Positions 50,155 through 61,861 of a stretch of DNA of 64,000 nucleotides are shown piece by piece. The number at the start of each line of letters is the position of its first letter. Within the stretch, counting starts at the first letter, position 1. The DNA comes from an uncultured Alphaproteobacteria bacterium (lineage in GTDB: Bacteria > Pseudomonadota > Alphaproteobacteria > Rhizobiales > Xanthobacteraceae). A program made the position numbers and the translations under genes. The notes beneath the pieces are model-generated. The model was not told where the DNA came from. It saw only the letters and a list, made by a program, of their open reading frames with translations, and ran no database searches. The DNA is taken from assembly GCA_963739825.1 (NCBI GenBank), contig CAVUBU010000003.1, forward strand, positions 12,861 through 76,860, given 5' to 3'.

Positions 50155-52095
50155 CTAAATTTCCACCTGCAGTCCGATGGCCACAACGCGCTCGGAGGGT
50201 ATGTTGTAGAAGGCGGTCGCCCGGGTCGCATTCCGCCACAGAAACGCAAAAATCTGCATCTGAAATAATTTGAGCGCGGAGGTGCCCCGCGCCGGGATAA
50301 TCTCCTCGTGGCCAAGGAAAAAGGTTGCGGCGTCCGGGTCGACGTCGAGGCCAAGCCGTTCGCTGAACCGCAACGCCACCGGCACGTTCGGGCTCTGCAT
50401 GAATCCGTAATGAAGAACGACACGATGAAACCCGAGCGGTAATTCCTCGTGTTCAACGCGGTCGGCGCTCGCAACCCGCGGCACGTCTTCGATTTGAACC
50501 GTGACCAATATAACGCGTTCGTGCAGCACCTGATTATGTTCGAGCGTGTGTGTGAGCAGCATCGGCGTCTCGTTCGTCCTGGATGTCATAAATACGGCGG
50601 TGCCGGGAACGCGCTGTAGCGGCGGCGCTGAAATTCGTTTGAGAAATTCATCGAGCGGTTCGCGGTCCTCCGCCGTGTAGGCACGCAGCCGCGCCACGCC
50701 GTGCCGCCAGACTGCCATGATGGCAAACACGAACCCGGCGATCAGCACCGGATACCAGCCGCCACTGAAAAATTTGAAAAGATTCGCGCCCAGAAATGCG
50801 AGATCGACGACAAGGAACGTCGCCGCTAAGAGTCCCGCCAGCACCGGATGCCAGCCAAACCGCAACGCGACGAAGAATGCCAGGATCGTGGTGATCACCA
50901 TATCGGCCGAGACGGCGAGCCCATAGGCGGAAGCCAGATTATTGGATGATTCAAAACCGATCACCAACCCGATCGTTGCCAGCATCAGCGCCCAGTTGAC
51001 GAATGGTATATAGATTTGACCGATATGCTCGCGATCGGTCTGAACGATCTTGAGACGCGGAAATTGCCCGAGTTGGATGGCCTGGCGCGTCAACGAAAAC
51101 GCCCCCGAAATCACCGCTTGAGACGCGATCACCGTTGCCGTCGTTGCCAGGATTACTAGCGGGTAATGCGTCCATTTCGGCCCGAGGCCATAGAATGGAT
51201 GCGTGATCGAGCCGGCGTCGCTCAGAATGAGGGCACCCTGCCCGAAATAGTTCAGCAGCAATGTTGGCAACGCGAGCGCAAACCACGCCAGACGGATCGG
51301 CTGGCGCCCGAAATGTCCCATATCCGCATAAAGCGTTTCGGCGCCGGTGACCGCGAGAAATACTGTTCCTAAAACGATGAAGCCAAGCAACCCATTGTCT
51401 AGCAAGAAGCCAACTGCGTAGCCGGGATGTATCGCCGAAAACACCTGAGGCTGCCTGGCAATGCCCAGGATTCCGAGGATGCCCAAGACAGCAAACCATC
51501 CCAGCATGACCGGCCCGAACAGTGCGCCGATTTTTGTGGTGCCGTGTCTCTGATATGCAAAAAGTGCGAAAAGTATCGCGACGGCTATCGGCACGACGAA
51601 TTGATCGAACACCGGGGTCGCCAATTTCAGGCCCTCGACGGCGCTGAGCACGGAAATCGCGGGAGTGATCGTGCCGTCGCCATAAAGCAGAGCAGCGCCA
51701 AACAGACCCATCAACATCAATATGTGGCGCGGCGACCCCGATGCCGAATTCCAAGGATTCAACAATGCAACGAGCGCAATGATGCCACCTTCGCCCTTGT
51801 TGTCGGCCCGCAAAACGAACAAAAGGTATTTCACCGACACGACCAGAATCAGCGACCACACAATTAGCGAAAGAATGCCGAGCACATTTTCCGTGGTCGC
51901 GGCGATGCCATGGGCGCCGTGGAAGCACTGTTTCAGCGCATAGAGCGGGCTTGTGCCGATATCGCCGTACACCACGCCAAGCGCTGCGACCGACAGGACG
52001 AGGAGCGGACGGCGCGACTCCTCTTTGTCGTTGGCATCGAGCTTTGAATTGTCCGGACGCGATGGCTGCGATCCAACCGCTTTTTGTGCATCCAT
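50155..52095 (-). CDS. kup: KUP/HAK/KT potassium transporter
   Basis: LGVVYGDIGTSPLY, ADNKGEGG, GDGTITPAISVLSAVEG, GAETLYADMGHFG. Confidence 0.97.
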   Translation of the reverse strand: MDAQKAVGSQPSRPDNSKLDANDKEESRRPLLVLSVAALGVVYGDIGTSPLYALKQCFHGAHGIAATTENVLGILSLIVWSLILVVSVKYLLFVLRADNKGEGGIIALVALLNPWNSASGSPRHILMLMGLFGAALLYGDGTITPAISVLSAVEGLKLATPVFDQFVVPIAVAILFALFAYQRHGTTKIGALFGPVMLGWFAVLGILGILGIARQPQVFSAIHPGYAVGFLLDNGLLGFIVLGTVFLAVTGAETLYADMGHFGRQPIRLAWFALALPTLLLNYFGQGALILSDAGSITHPFYGLGPKWTHYPLVILATTATVIASQAVISGAFSLTRQAIQLGQFPRLKIVQTDREHIGQIYIPFVNWALMLATIGLVIGFESSNNLASAYGLAVSADMVITTILAFFVALRFGWHPVLAGLLAATFLVVDLAFLGANLFKFFSGGWYPVLIAGFVFAIMAVWRHGVARLRAYTAEDREPLDEFLKRISAPPLQRVPGTAVFMTSRTNETPMLLTHTLEHNQVLHERVILVTVQIEDVPRVASADRVEHEELPLGFHRVVLHYGFMQSPNVPVALRFSERLGLDVDPDAATFFLGHEEIIPARGTSALKLFQMQIFAFLWRNATRATAFYNIPSERVVAIGLQVEI

Positions 52096-52530
52096 GGCGC
52101 GACCGGACTCGGCATAGGCTGATTTGATGTGATTGTAGTCGAACGCCAGACGCCGCACCATAACCGGAACCGGCTCAATGATGCTCCGATTTTATCGGCA
52201 TTTCTAAGACCGCGCCGAAAAACCGGCGTGGATTCTCGCGCATTGCAAGAGCGACGCCGCCGTTACCGGCTTACCGCCACGCACATATCGGCAGCAATTT
52301 CGTTACCTTGGAACCGCAAATTTTTGCATCCGTGTAAACGCGCAGCCATCCACGCCGCGCAATTTCAACGCCGCCGCTACCGCAGCGCCTTATCATGTTA
52401 CGGACGCGAGTGCGCTTGCCACACCATGATACGCGATCGACGGATTTGACGGCGATCGCCACACTGGAAAAATTAATGGTTGCCGTGGCAAGACTGCACG
52501 CGTGATCGACTGCGTTGAAAAGGTGTCGGT

Positions 52531-53199
52531 GTGAATTCGTTTCGCATTCTTCATGTCGACGACGATCCCCTGATGCGGGACGTGGTCGAACTCGCCCTCG
52601 GTTTCGATGCCGAATTCGTGGTGATGAGCTGTACCGGCGCCAAAGAGGCGCTCGCGGCCATTCCCGGTTGGGATCCCGAATTGATCATTCTCGACGTCAT
52701 TATGCCGGACATGGACGGGCCGGCCATGCTGGCGTGCATGCGGGAAGACGCTGCCATGGCGAAGATCCCGGTTATCTTTATCACCGCGCGCTGCCCGCCC
52801 GCCGAGCGCGAGCATTTGATGTCGCTCGGCGCCGTCGCGGTCATTGCCAAGCCGTTCTATCCGGTCAAGCTTGCGGAAACCGTGCGCCGCCACATGCAGA
52901 CAATAAAGCTTGCGACCGCCGGCTATAACTTCGCCCAGCGCCTGCGCGGCGACGCGGCGACGCTCGCGACATTCCGGGACAAACTGCGCAACGGTGCGGA
53001 TTCCTCGTTCGTGCCGGACGAATTTCAGTCGTTCGTGCACAAGCTCGCCGGCGCGGCCGGCGTTTTCGACTACCAGACAGTGAGCACGACGGCGGCATCG
53101 CTGGAAGACGCCATCATCGAGCGGCGCGCGGGCCGCGGCGCTCCCGGAACGGTGGAAGCCAATCTGGACGCACTTCTGGAAACGATCGAACGCGCCTGA
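52531..53199 (+). CDS. Response regulator receiver fused to an Hpt-like domain
   Basis: HVDDD, LDVIMPDMDG, FITA, AKPF; C-terminal helical region with HKLAGAAG. Confidence 0.85.
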   Translation: MNSFRILHVDDDPLMRDVVELALGFDAEFVVMSCTGAKEALAAIPGWDPELIILDVIMPDMDGPAMLACMREDAAMAKIPVIFITARCPPAEREHLMSLGAVAVIAKPFYPVKLAETVRRHMQTIKLATAGYNFAQRLRGDAATLATFRDKLRNGADSSFVPDEFQSFVHKLAGAAGVFDYQTVSTTAASLEDAIIERRAGRGAPGTVEANLDALLETIERA

Positions 53200-53226
53200 T
53201 CGAACAGGCCAAGTGGGGAGACGGAC

Positions 53227-54072
53227 ATGCAGGATATTTTCGAAGCGCCAGCCAAGGCGCCCAAGATGCTCATCGCCGACGACGATCCGGCGATCGTGCG
53301 CATTCTCGCAGACCGCTGCGTGAAAATGGGCTTCAAGGTCGAAACCGCGACCAACGGTATTCAATTGCTGATTAAGGCGCGCCGCAGCCACCCCGACATC
53401 CTGATCGTCGACGTCAACATGCCGGAACTGGACGGATTGTCGGTGTGCACGCGCCTGCTCGATCCGACCAACCGGGCGATGGAAGTGGTCGTGGTCACCG
53501 GCAGTTCGGACCCGGAGACGGCCGAGCGTTGCGAAAGCCTCGGCATGTTTTATGGCCGCAAAGGTCCTAATTTCTGGAATAGCGTCGAAGGCGCGCTGGC
53601 TGAAATCTATCCCGACATGGCGCCTCAGTTTGCCGGCATCGAAGCTCCAGCAATCGACACCGAAATCCCGCGACGCCCGCGCGTGCTCGTAGTCGACGAC
53701 GACCCGGACATCGAAAAATTCCTCGCCACCCGGCTCAACAAATTCGGCGTCGACACGCTCTATGCGCCGGACGCCACGCAGGGCCATCGCATCGCCATGA
53801 AGGACAAGCCGACCGTCATCATCACCGATAATTTCATGCCGGACGGCGATGCCCAATTTCTGTTGTACCGGCTGCGCAGCACGCCGACGACCGAAAATAT
53901 CCCGGTCTTCGTGATCAGCGCGCGCAAGCTCAGCGAACTGACCGAACAATCCCTGAAGCGGGAAATCGGCGGGCGGCCGGGTGCGTTAAAGGTGTTCACC
54001 AAATCGTTCGACACCCAGGACCTGTTCGCGGCACTGCAAAAATTCTGCGGCTTCCAAAAACACAACTTCTAG
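53227..54072 (+). CDS. Tandem receiver-domain (REC-REC) protein without output domain
   Basis: ADDD..VDVNMP..VTG..RK, then VDDD..TDNFMP..ISA..TKSF. Confidence 0.88.
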   Translation: MQDIFEAPAKAPKMLIADDDPAIVRILADRCVKMGFKVETATNGIQLLIKARRSHPDILIVDVNMPELDGLSVCTRLLDPTNRAMEVVVVTGSSDPETAERCESLGMFYGRKGPNFWNSVEGALAEIYPDMAPQFAGIEAPAIDTEIPRRPRVLVVDDDPDIEKFLATRLNKFGVDTLYAPDATQGHRIAMKDKPTVIITDNFMPDGDAQFLLYRLRSTPTTENIPVFVISARKLSELTEQSLKREIGGRPGALKVFTKSFDTQDLFAALQKFCGFQKHNF

Positions 54073-54437
54073 GGCTGGGCTGCCTTTTACTTCGCGGCAA
54101 AGCGCCAACGCGCCGCGCCCTGCGGCTTTTCGCTGCAGACGGCCATTTCCAACCGTTTCACACAGCAAAGCGCCCCGAACCGGCCGTCCTTTAGGGCCGT
54201 GAAAAGTGCCGGCCGCTTGGGCAATCAAGACCGCATGCCAGGCCGCCTTGCGGCGCTCGCCCTGGAACCGACCGGGAACGGTGCCCGACGCGGCCGCTAG
54301 AACTTAGCAGGCCATCCCACGCCGTGGCGTGCGGCTCCCGGGGCATATAGAAATACCCCCCGCACTAGACTAAAGATAAGGGATGCCGTCCCGCTCGTTG
54401 AAATAATCCAAAACAAAAAACGCTCGGAGGATACGCC

Positions 54438-54908
54438 TTGTTCCGCACGCTGACGAAAAAGCGGGACTTCTACGCCGGCGGATTGATGACCCTGCTCGGC
54501 GCGGCGGTCACGCTCGATTCCATGACCTATACGCTGGGCACGCTCACCCACATGGGTCCGGGCATGTTCCCCTTGATGCTGGGGATCACGCTCATCTTTG
54601 TCGGCGTGCTGATCCTGGGCGCGGCGGTGGCCACCCCGCTCAGCGACGATGAAGGCATACTGCCGGAAAAGCCGGAATGGTATGCGTGGGGATGTATCCT
54701 GGCCGGTCCCGTGTTGTTCATTATCCTGGGCGAATTTTTCGGCCTGGTGCCGGCGACCTTCGCCTGCGTGTTCGTGCCCTCGCTCGGTGACCGCACCGCG
54801 ACGCTGAAAGGCTCGTTGATCCTAGCAGCCGGCGTCACCTTCTTCGGCGTGCTGCTGTTCTCCTACGTGCTGAAAATTCCGTTTCCGATGTTCAAGTGGG
54901 GCCTCTGA
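54438..54908 (+). CDS. tctB: Tripartite tricarboxylate transporter TctB family
   Basis: 4 TM, MGPGMFP motif; TTG start after GGAGG; stop overlaps the tctA start. Confidence 0.88.
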   Translation: MFRTLTKKRDFYAGGLMTLLGAAVTLDSMTYTLGTLTHMGPGMFPLMLGITLIFVGVLILGAAVATPLSDDEGILPEKPEWYAWGCILAGPVLFIILGEFFGLVPATFACVFVPSLGDRTATLKGSLILAAGVTFFGVLLFSYVLKIPFPMFKWGL

Positions 54909-56461
54909 TGTTCGCGACCGCACTGCAAGACCTCTGGTACGGCTTCGGCGTCGCGCTCGAACCGCACAACGTGATGTGGTGCTTCATCGGCGTGTTCGTC
55001 GGCAACATGGTCGGCGTGCTGCCAGGCATGGGCCCATTGGCCACCATCTCGATCCTGTTGCCGCTCACCTTCGGCATCAAGCCGGTCGGCGCCATCCTGA
55101 TGCTGGCGGGCGTGTTCTACGGCTCGCAATATGGCGGCGCCATCTGCTCGATCCTGCTCAACCTGCCCTGCCATCCGCCGCACGCGGTCACCTGTCTCGA
55201 CGGCTTCCCGCTCACCAAGCAAGGCCGCGGCGGGGCCGCACTCGGCATCACCGTCATCTCGTCGTTCGTCGGCGCCTCCTGGGGCATTACCGAGATGATC
55301 TTCCTCGCCCCGATCCTCGTGATTGTTGCGCTCAAATTCGGCCCGGCGGAAATCTGTTCGTTAATGCTGCTCGGCCTGTTGGCCGGCTCGACGCTGGCGC
55401 GCGGCTCGCCGCTCAAAGGCGTCGCCATGACCATTTGCGGGCTGCTGATCGGCATTGTCGGCAGCGACATCGAAACCGGCACGCCGCGTTTCACCTTCGG
55501 CATTCCCAACCTGTTCGACGGCGTGGAAATCGTGGCGCTGGCGCTCGGCCTGTTCGGCATCGCCGAGTTCATGAAGAGCGTCAATCAGCTCTCCGAGGTC
55601 GACACCAAATACACCAACGTCACATTCAAGGATCTGCGGCCCACCCGCGAAGAATTCAGGCGTGCGATTCCGGCCATGTTCCGCGGCACGGCGATCGGCA
55701 GCCTGTGCGCGCTGATCCCCGGCACCGGCCCGACCATCGCCTCGTTTATTTCCTACGCCACCGAAAAGAAGATCTCGAAGACGCCCGAGTTGTTCGGCAC
55801 CGGCATGATCGAAGGCGTCGCCTGCCCGGAAGCCTCGACCCACTCCTCGGTGCAGGGCGATTTCATCCCGACCATGAGCCTCGGCATTCCGGGCGACGCG
55901 GTGATGGCGCTGATCCTCGGCGCGCTGATGATTCAGGGCATCGTGCCCGGCCCGCAGCTGATCAGCGAGCACCCGGATATCTTCTGGGGCCTGATCGCCA
56001 GCTTTTGGATCGGCAACATCATCCTGGTCATCCTCAACGTGCCGATGATCGGCTTGTGGGTGAAGCTGCTGACGATCCCCTACAAATATCTTTATCCTAG
56101 CGCGATGTTCTTCGTGGCGATCGGCGTCTACAGCACCAACAACGACATGTTCCAGGTCGGCGAAGTCATCGTCATTGGCGTCGTCGGCTATATTCTGCTG
56201 CTGCTCGATTTTCATCCGGCGCCGATCTTGCTCGGCTTCGTGCTGGGTCCGCGCTTCGAGGAGAATTTCCGCCGCGCCATGCTGATTTCGCGCGGCGACA
56301 TCTGGGTGTTCGTCAAGCACCCGATCAGCGCGGTGTTCATCGGACTGTGCGTGCTGCTGATCGTCATGCAGATCTATGTGCGATTGCGCGCACCGAAGTC
56401 GCTGCCGACCGAGATGGCTTTGCCCACCGACCACCACAAGGTCTCCGAAGCCGCCGAGTGA
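54908..56461 (+). CDS. tctA: Tripartite tricarboxylate transporter permease TctA
   Basis: GVLPGMGP, YGSQYGG, DGFPL, PTMSLGIPGD, GIVPGP. Confidence 0.95.
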   Translation: MFATALQDLWYGFGVALEPHNVMWCFIGVFVGNMVGVLPGMGPLATISILLPLTFGIKPVGAILMLAGVFYGSQYGGAICSILLNLPCHPPHAVTCLDGFPLTKQGRGGAALGITVISSFVGASWGITEMIFLAPILVIVALKFGPAEICSLMLLGLLAGSTLARGSPLKGVAMTICGLLIGIVGSDIETGTPRFTFGIPNLFDGVEIVALALGLFGIAEFMKSVNQLSEVDTKYTNVTFKDLRPTREEFRRAIPAMFRGTAIGSLCALIPGTGPTIASFISYATEKKISKTPELFGTGMIEGVACPEASTHSSVQGDFIPTMSLGIPGDAVMALILGALMIQGIVPGPQLISEHPDIFWGLIASFWIGNIILVILNVPMIGLWVKLLTIPYKYLYPSAMFFVAIGVYSTNNDMFQVGEVIVIGVVGYILLLLDFHPAPILLGFVLGPRFEENFRRAMLISRGDIWVFVKHPISAVFIGLCVLLIVMQIYVRLRAPKSLPTEMALPTDHHKVSEAAE

Positions 56462-56503
56462 CGGGCAGCTAGCGGGCTCGGCCAGCACGGCCGGGAGGTG
56501 TTA

Positions 56504-56531
56504 TTGACACCCCCTGCCTTACGCCTACATT
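56504..56531 (+). promoter_or_regulatory. Probable sigma70 promoter TTGACA-N16-TACATT
   Basis: Lies immediately upstream of the TPP riboswitch. Confidence 0.55.
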
Positions 56532-56537
56532 ACGTGC

Positions 56538-56610
56538 ATCCCGAGGGGTGCCCCGGTAGGGCTGAGAAAAACCCTTAGAACCTGATCCGGGTCATGCCGG
56601 CGAAGGGACA
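56538..56610 (+). ncRNA. TPP riboswitch (THI element)
   Basis: ggggtgccc..gggctgaga..acccttagaacctgatccgggtcatgccggcgaaggga contains the conserved GCTGAGA, ACCTGAT and GCGxAGGGA segments; upstream of thiC. Confidence 0.95.
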
Positions 56611-56622
56611 GGACATTGATCC

Positions 56623-58898
<2,276 letters not shown>

Positions 58899-58917
58899 TT
58901 TAGTGAGGCAGCGGCGG

Positions 58918-58951
58918 CTTGTCCGCCGTAGCGCCTTGCGCGAAGGCGGAA
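58918..58951. repeat. Short repeat CTTGTCCGCCG(T/A)AGC..GCGAAGG, copy 1
   Basis: Similar copy at 62842-62870 in the same orientation. Confidence 0.65.
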
Positions 58952-59338
58952 GAAGGTGAAAGAGAGTAATAAGGCATTGTGACCGCTCTCCATGGATGAC
59001 TACGCCAAACTGTTGACGAGTATCGCCGCTCTCATTGGAGCTGTGGCTTGGCCCGCGATTTTGCTTGTCGTCGTTATTTTATTCAGAAGTGAAATAAAAT
59101 CGGCGTTAGGTAGAATTCCGACAATTCTTGATCGAGTAAAGAAAGCCTCGTTGGCTGGGGTGGTCTTCGAGCTTGATCGTGTTGCAAATGCGGAGGTCGA
59201 CGGCGGAGGCGACAAGGGCGGAAAGATAACGTCACAGCAATTCGAAGCTGCTGCGCGGATAGCCGTGCAGGCGCAGGATGTCAGCCCCCAAGAGCTTCTC
59301 AGTGAGTTGGACCGCCTCTGTTTAGAGTACGACTTTAT

Positions 59339-60635
59339 GGGACTGTCAGGAATCTTGTGTGTGAGGCCATGATGATGAGAACCAAAGGAGCATCATATGG
59401 CAATCGAGAAAGACCTACTGGACCAGCTACTGGCCGGCCGCGATCCCAAGGACGTATTCAATAAGGATGGGTTGGTCGACGAGCTGAAGAAGGCGCTCTC
59501 CGAGCGGATTTTAAATACCGAGATCGACGAGCATCTGGACGGGGACGGTGCTGAGGGCAAGTCCAATCACCGCAACGGCTACTCCAAGAAGTCGGTTCTG
59601 ACGGGCACCTCGAAGATGACGCTGTCGGTGCCGCGGGATCGAGCTGGCACCTTCGATCCGAAACTGATCGCCAAGTACCAGCGCAGGTTCCCGGATTTCG
59701 ATGACAAGATTATCTCAATGTATGCGCGCGGGATGACGGTTCGCGAGATCCGCGGCCATCTCGAGGAACTCTATGGCATCGATGTTTCGCCAGATTTGAT
59801 CTCGGCGGTCACCGATGCGGTGCTGGACGAGGTCACGGAATGGCAAAACCGCCCGCTCGATATCTGCTACCCGCTGGTGTTCTTCGATGCCATCCGGGTC
59901 AAGGTCCGCGATGAAGGCTTCGTGCGCAACAAGGCGATTTACATCGCGCTCGGCGTCCTGCCGGACGGCACCAAGGAGATTCTCGGCATCTGGATCGAAC
60001 AGACCGAGGGCGCCAAATTCTGGCTGCGCGTCGTCAACGAGCTCAAGACCCGCGGCGTCCAGGACATTCTCATCGCGGTCGTCGACGGCCTGAAGGGCTT
60101 TCCCGAGGCCATTACCGCCGTTTTCCCGCAGACCATCGTACAAACATGTATCGTCCACCTGATCCGCCATTCGATGGATTTTGCCTCCTGGAAGGATCGC
60201 AAAAGTGTCGCCCAGGCGTTGCGCACGGTCTATCGCGCGGTTGATGCCGCCGCCGGCCAGGCCGCCCTCGACGCCTTCGCGCAAGGTCCGTGGGGTGGAA
60301 AGTATCCGGCAATCGCGCAGAGTTGGCGCCGCAACTGGGAACTCGTGATCCCCTTTTTTGCTTTCCCTGAAGGCGTGCGGCGGATCATCTACACCACGAA
60401 TGCTATCGAGGCGTTGAACTCAAAACTACGCCGCGCCGTCAGGACCAGGGGGCATTTCCCCTCTGACGATGCCGCGATGAAGCTGTTATACTTGGTCTTG
60501 AACCACGCCGCTGCGGAATGGAAACGGCCGCCGCGCGAGTGGGCCGAGGCGAAGACGCAATTCGCCGTCATGTTCAAAGAGCGTTTCGTGCGTGCATGAC
60601 GGATAACCGCCTCACACAGAAATTCTGACAGTCCC
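59339..60635 (+). mobile_element. IS256 family insertion sequence
   Basis: IRs gggactgtcag.. / ..ctgacagtccc; 9-bp flanks CGACTTTAT (59330-59338) and CGACTCTAT (60636-60644). Confidence 0.93.
59397..60599 (+). CDS. IS256 family (Mutator) transposase
   Basis: RNGYSKK, VPRDRAGTF, FFDAIRVKVR, VVDGLKGF, QTCIVHLIR, YTTNAIEALNS. Confidence 0.97.
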   Translation: MAIEKDLLDQLLAGRDPKDVFNKDGLVDELKKALSERILNTEIDEHLDGDGAEGKSNHRNGYSKKSVLTGTSKMTLSVPRDRAGTFDPKLIAKYQRRFPDFDDKIISMYARGMTVREIRGHLEELYGIDVSPDLISAVTDAVLDEVTEWQNRPLDICYPLVFFDAIRVKVRDEGFVRNKAIYIALGVLPDGTKEILGIWIEQTEGAKFWLRVVNELKTRGVQDILIAVVDGLKGFPEAITAVFPQTIVQTCIVHLIRHSMDFASWKDRKSVAQALRTVYRAVDAAAGQAALDAFAQGPWGGKYPAIAQSWRRNWELVIPFFAFPEGVRRIIYTTNAIEALNSKLRRAVRTRGHFPSDDAAMKLLYLVLNHAAAEWKRPPREWAEAKTQFAVMFKERFVRA

Positions 60636-61061
60636 CGACTCTATTAGACGAATCCTTCCGTCGGGAGAGCCTCGAACGCGCGCTATGACTCGTATCGTCG
60701 TTAAGATGCGATCGCTTGCGCCCAGCCTCGTAAATTTTATTGATGTCTATAAAAGCTCTGGCTCTGCCGGCAGCCGATTGGCTGCCATAGCTATGATGCA
60801 GATGGTGCCCAAGGTCGCTGATGTTGGCTGGTTAAAAGACCGATTCTCGTCCGAGTTGCCGTTCCTTTTCTACCACGCCGCACTTGCGCTTCAGAATGTG
60901 TCTGATAGTCGCGACACGCGCGAAGGAAAACAGCAATTGCGCGAAGTTGCGCGACAAGCCCTTTCGACAGTCAAAAGCTACCCAGGCGTCCCCGATCGGT
61001 CCACAATAGAAGTTCTGGAGTTGTTGATCTCAAGCCTGCCTCAATAATAGGGCCTCGCAAA

Positions 61062-61160
61062 CGTAGGGTGGGCTAAGGCGCGAAGCGCCGAGCCCACCAG
61101 ATACAACCGATTACGCGGCGATCGAAAACGGTGGGCTCGCTTCGCTTAGCCCACCCTACG
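61062..61160. repeat. GTAG-type REP doublet
   Basis: cgtagggtgggctaaggcgcgaagcgccgagcccacc ... ggtgggctcgcttcgcttagcccaccctacg. Confidence 0.85.
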
Positions 61161-61163
61161 CCC

Positions 61164-61430
61164 TCACCCCGCCTTCAACTTCCTCGCCTTCCGCAAATCC
61201 GCGTTGATGCGCGTCTGCCAGCCGTTGCCGGTCTTGCGGTAGGCGGCGAGCACGTCGGCGTCGAGGCGCAGCTTCACCGCCTGCTTCGGGCTCGGCAGCG
61301 GTGGGCGGCCGCGGCGAATGATCCTGTCGCCGTGGCGGATTTCGCCGCGCTCGAAGAACGCCTTGGTCAATTCCGGCGCATCGTCGGGATCAACCCATTT
61401 GGTCGAGCCAGAGCTTTTCTTCCTTGGCAT
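61164..61430 (-). CDS. brnA: BrnA family antitoxin (no adjacent brnT)
   Basis: DPDDAPELT..RRGRPP..KQAVKLRLDADV..GWQTRIN. Confidence 0.9.
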   Translation of the reverse strand: MPRKKSSGSTKWVDPDDAPELTKAFFERGEIRHGDRIIRRGRPPLPSPKQAVKLRLDADVLAAYRKTGNGWQTRINADLRKARKLKAG

Positions 61431-61441
61431 GACAGTGCCTC

Positions 61442-61470
61442 AACGTAATGAGGGGCAAACTGCGTAGCAA
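61442..61470 (-). promoter_or_regulatory. Probable brnA promoter TTGCTA-N17-TACGTT
   Basis: -35 at 61465-61470, -10 at 61442-61447, 11 nt from the ATG. Confidence 0.5.
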
Positions 61471-61506
61471 TATTCTTTATCGCACAACCGAGCAACGAAC
61501 TCGCAT

Positions 61507-61658
61507 CCCTTTCCCCTTGTGGGAGAGGGTGGCGAGCCGGAGCGACAGCGAAGACGAGCCGGGTGAGGGGGTAGTGCCGCAACTAGACTCCGCCCCCTCA
61601 CCCGCCCTCGCTCGGCTTCGCCTCGGCTCGGGCACCCTCTCCCACAAGGTGAGAGGGA
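61507..61658. repeat. Palindromic repeat (CCCTxTCCCCTTGTGGGAGAGGG..CCCTCTCCCACAAGG family)
   Basis: Outer and inner inverted arms: ccccttgtgggagagggtg / caccctctcccacaagg and gggtgagggg / cccctcaccc. Confidence 0.85.
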
Positions 61659-61703
61659 AGAGCGGCCGCGTCGCGGCTGTGGTCGTCAAATTCGGATAGC
61701 AAT

Positions 61704-61786
61704 CGTAGCCCGGATGAGCGAAGCGAAATCCGGGGCAAACATCTCAGTACGCAACCCCGCATTCCGCTTCGCTCATCCGGGCTACG
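61704..61786. repeat. GTAG-type REP doublet, second family
   Basis: cgtagcccggatgagcgaagcgaaatccgggg ... ccccgcattccgcttcgctcatccgggctacg. Confidence 0.85.
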
Positions 61787-61861
61787 GTCCTTGGCAACCG
61801 AGGCGCACCTTTTGTATTGTTCGCCGATGCGGGCGCCGCCCTTGGCACTTAAGGTGTAACC

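Larger units (their letters stand above)
58992..61047 (+). pseudogene. Membrane-anchored helical protein gene (249 aa when rejoined) interrupted by IS256
   Basis: Removing 59339-60635 plus one target copy joins ..LCLEYD to SIRRILPSGEPRTRAMTRIVV.. in frame, through to the stop at 61047. Confidence 0.85.

Noticed and set aside
58992-59372. 126-aa and 120-aa ORFs (60685-61047) as two independent genes
   Set aside because: They are halves of one gene; the last residues of the first ORF are read from the IS256 left end.
61431-61700. brnT toxin gene or remnant upstream of brnA
   Set aside because: No BrnT-like reading frame is visible. ORFs 61448-61699 and 61477-61689 are translations of the palindromic repeat.
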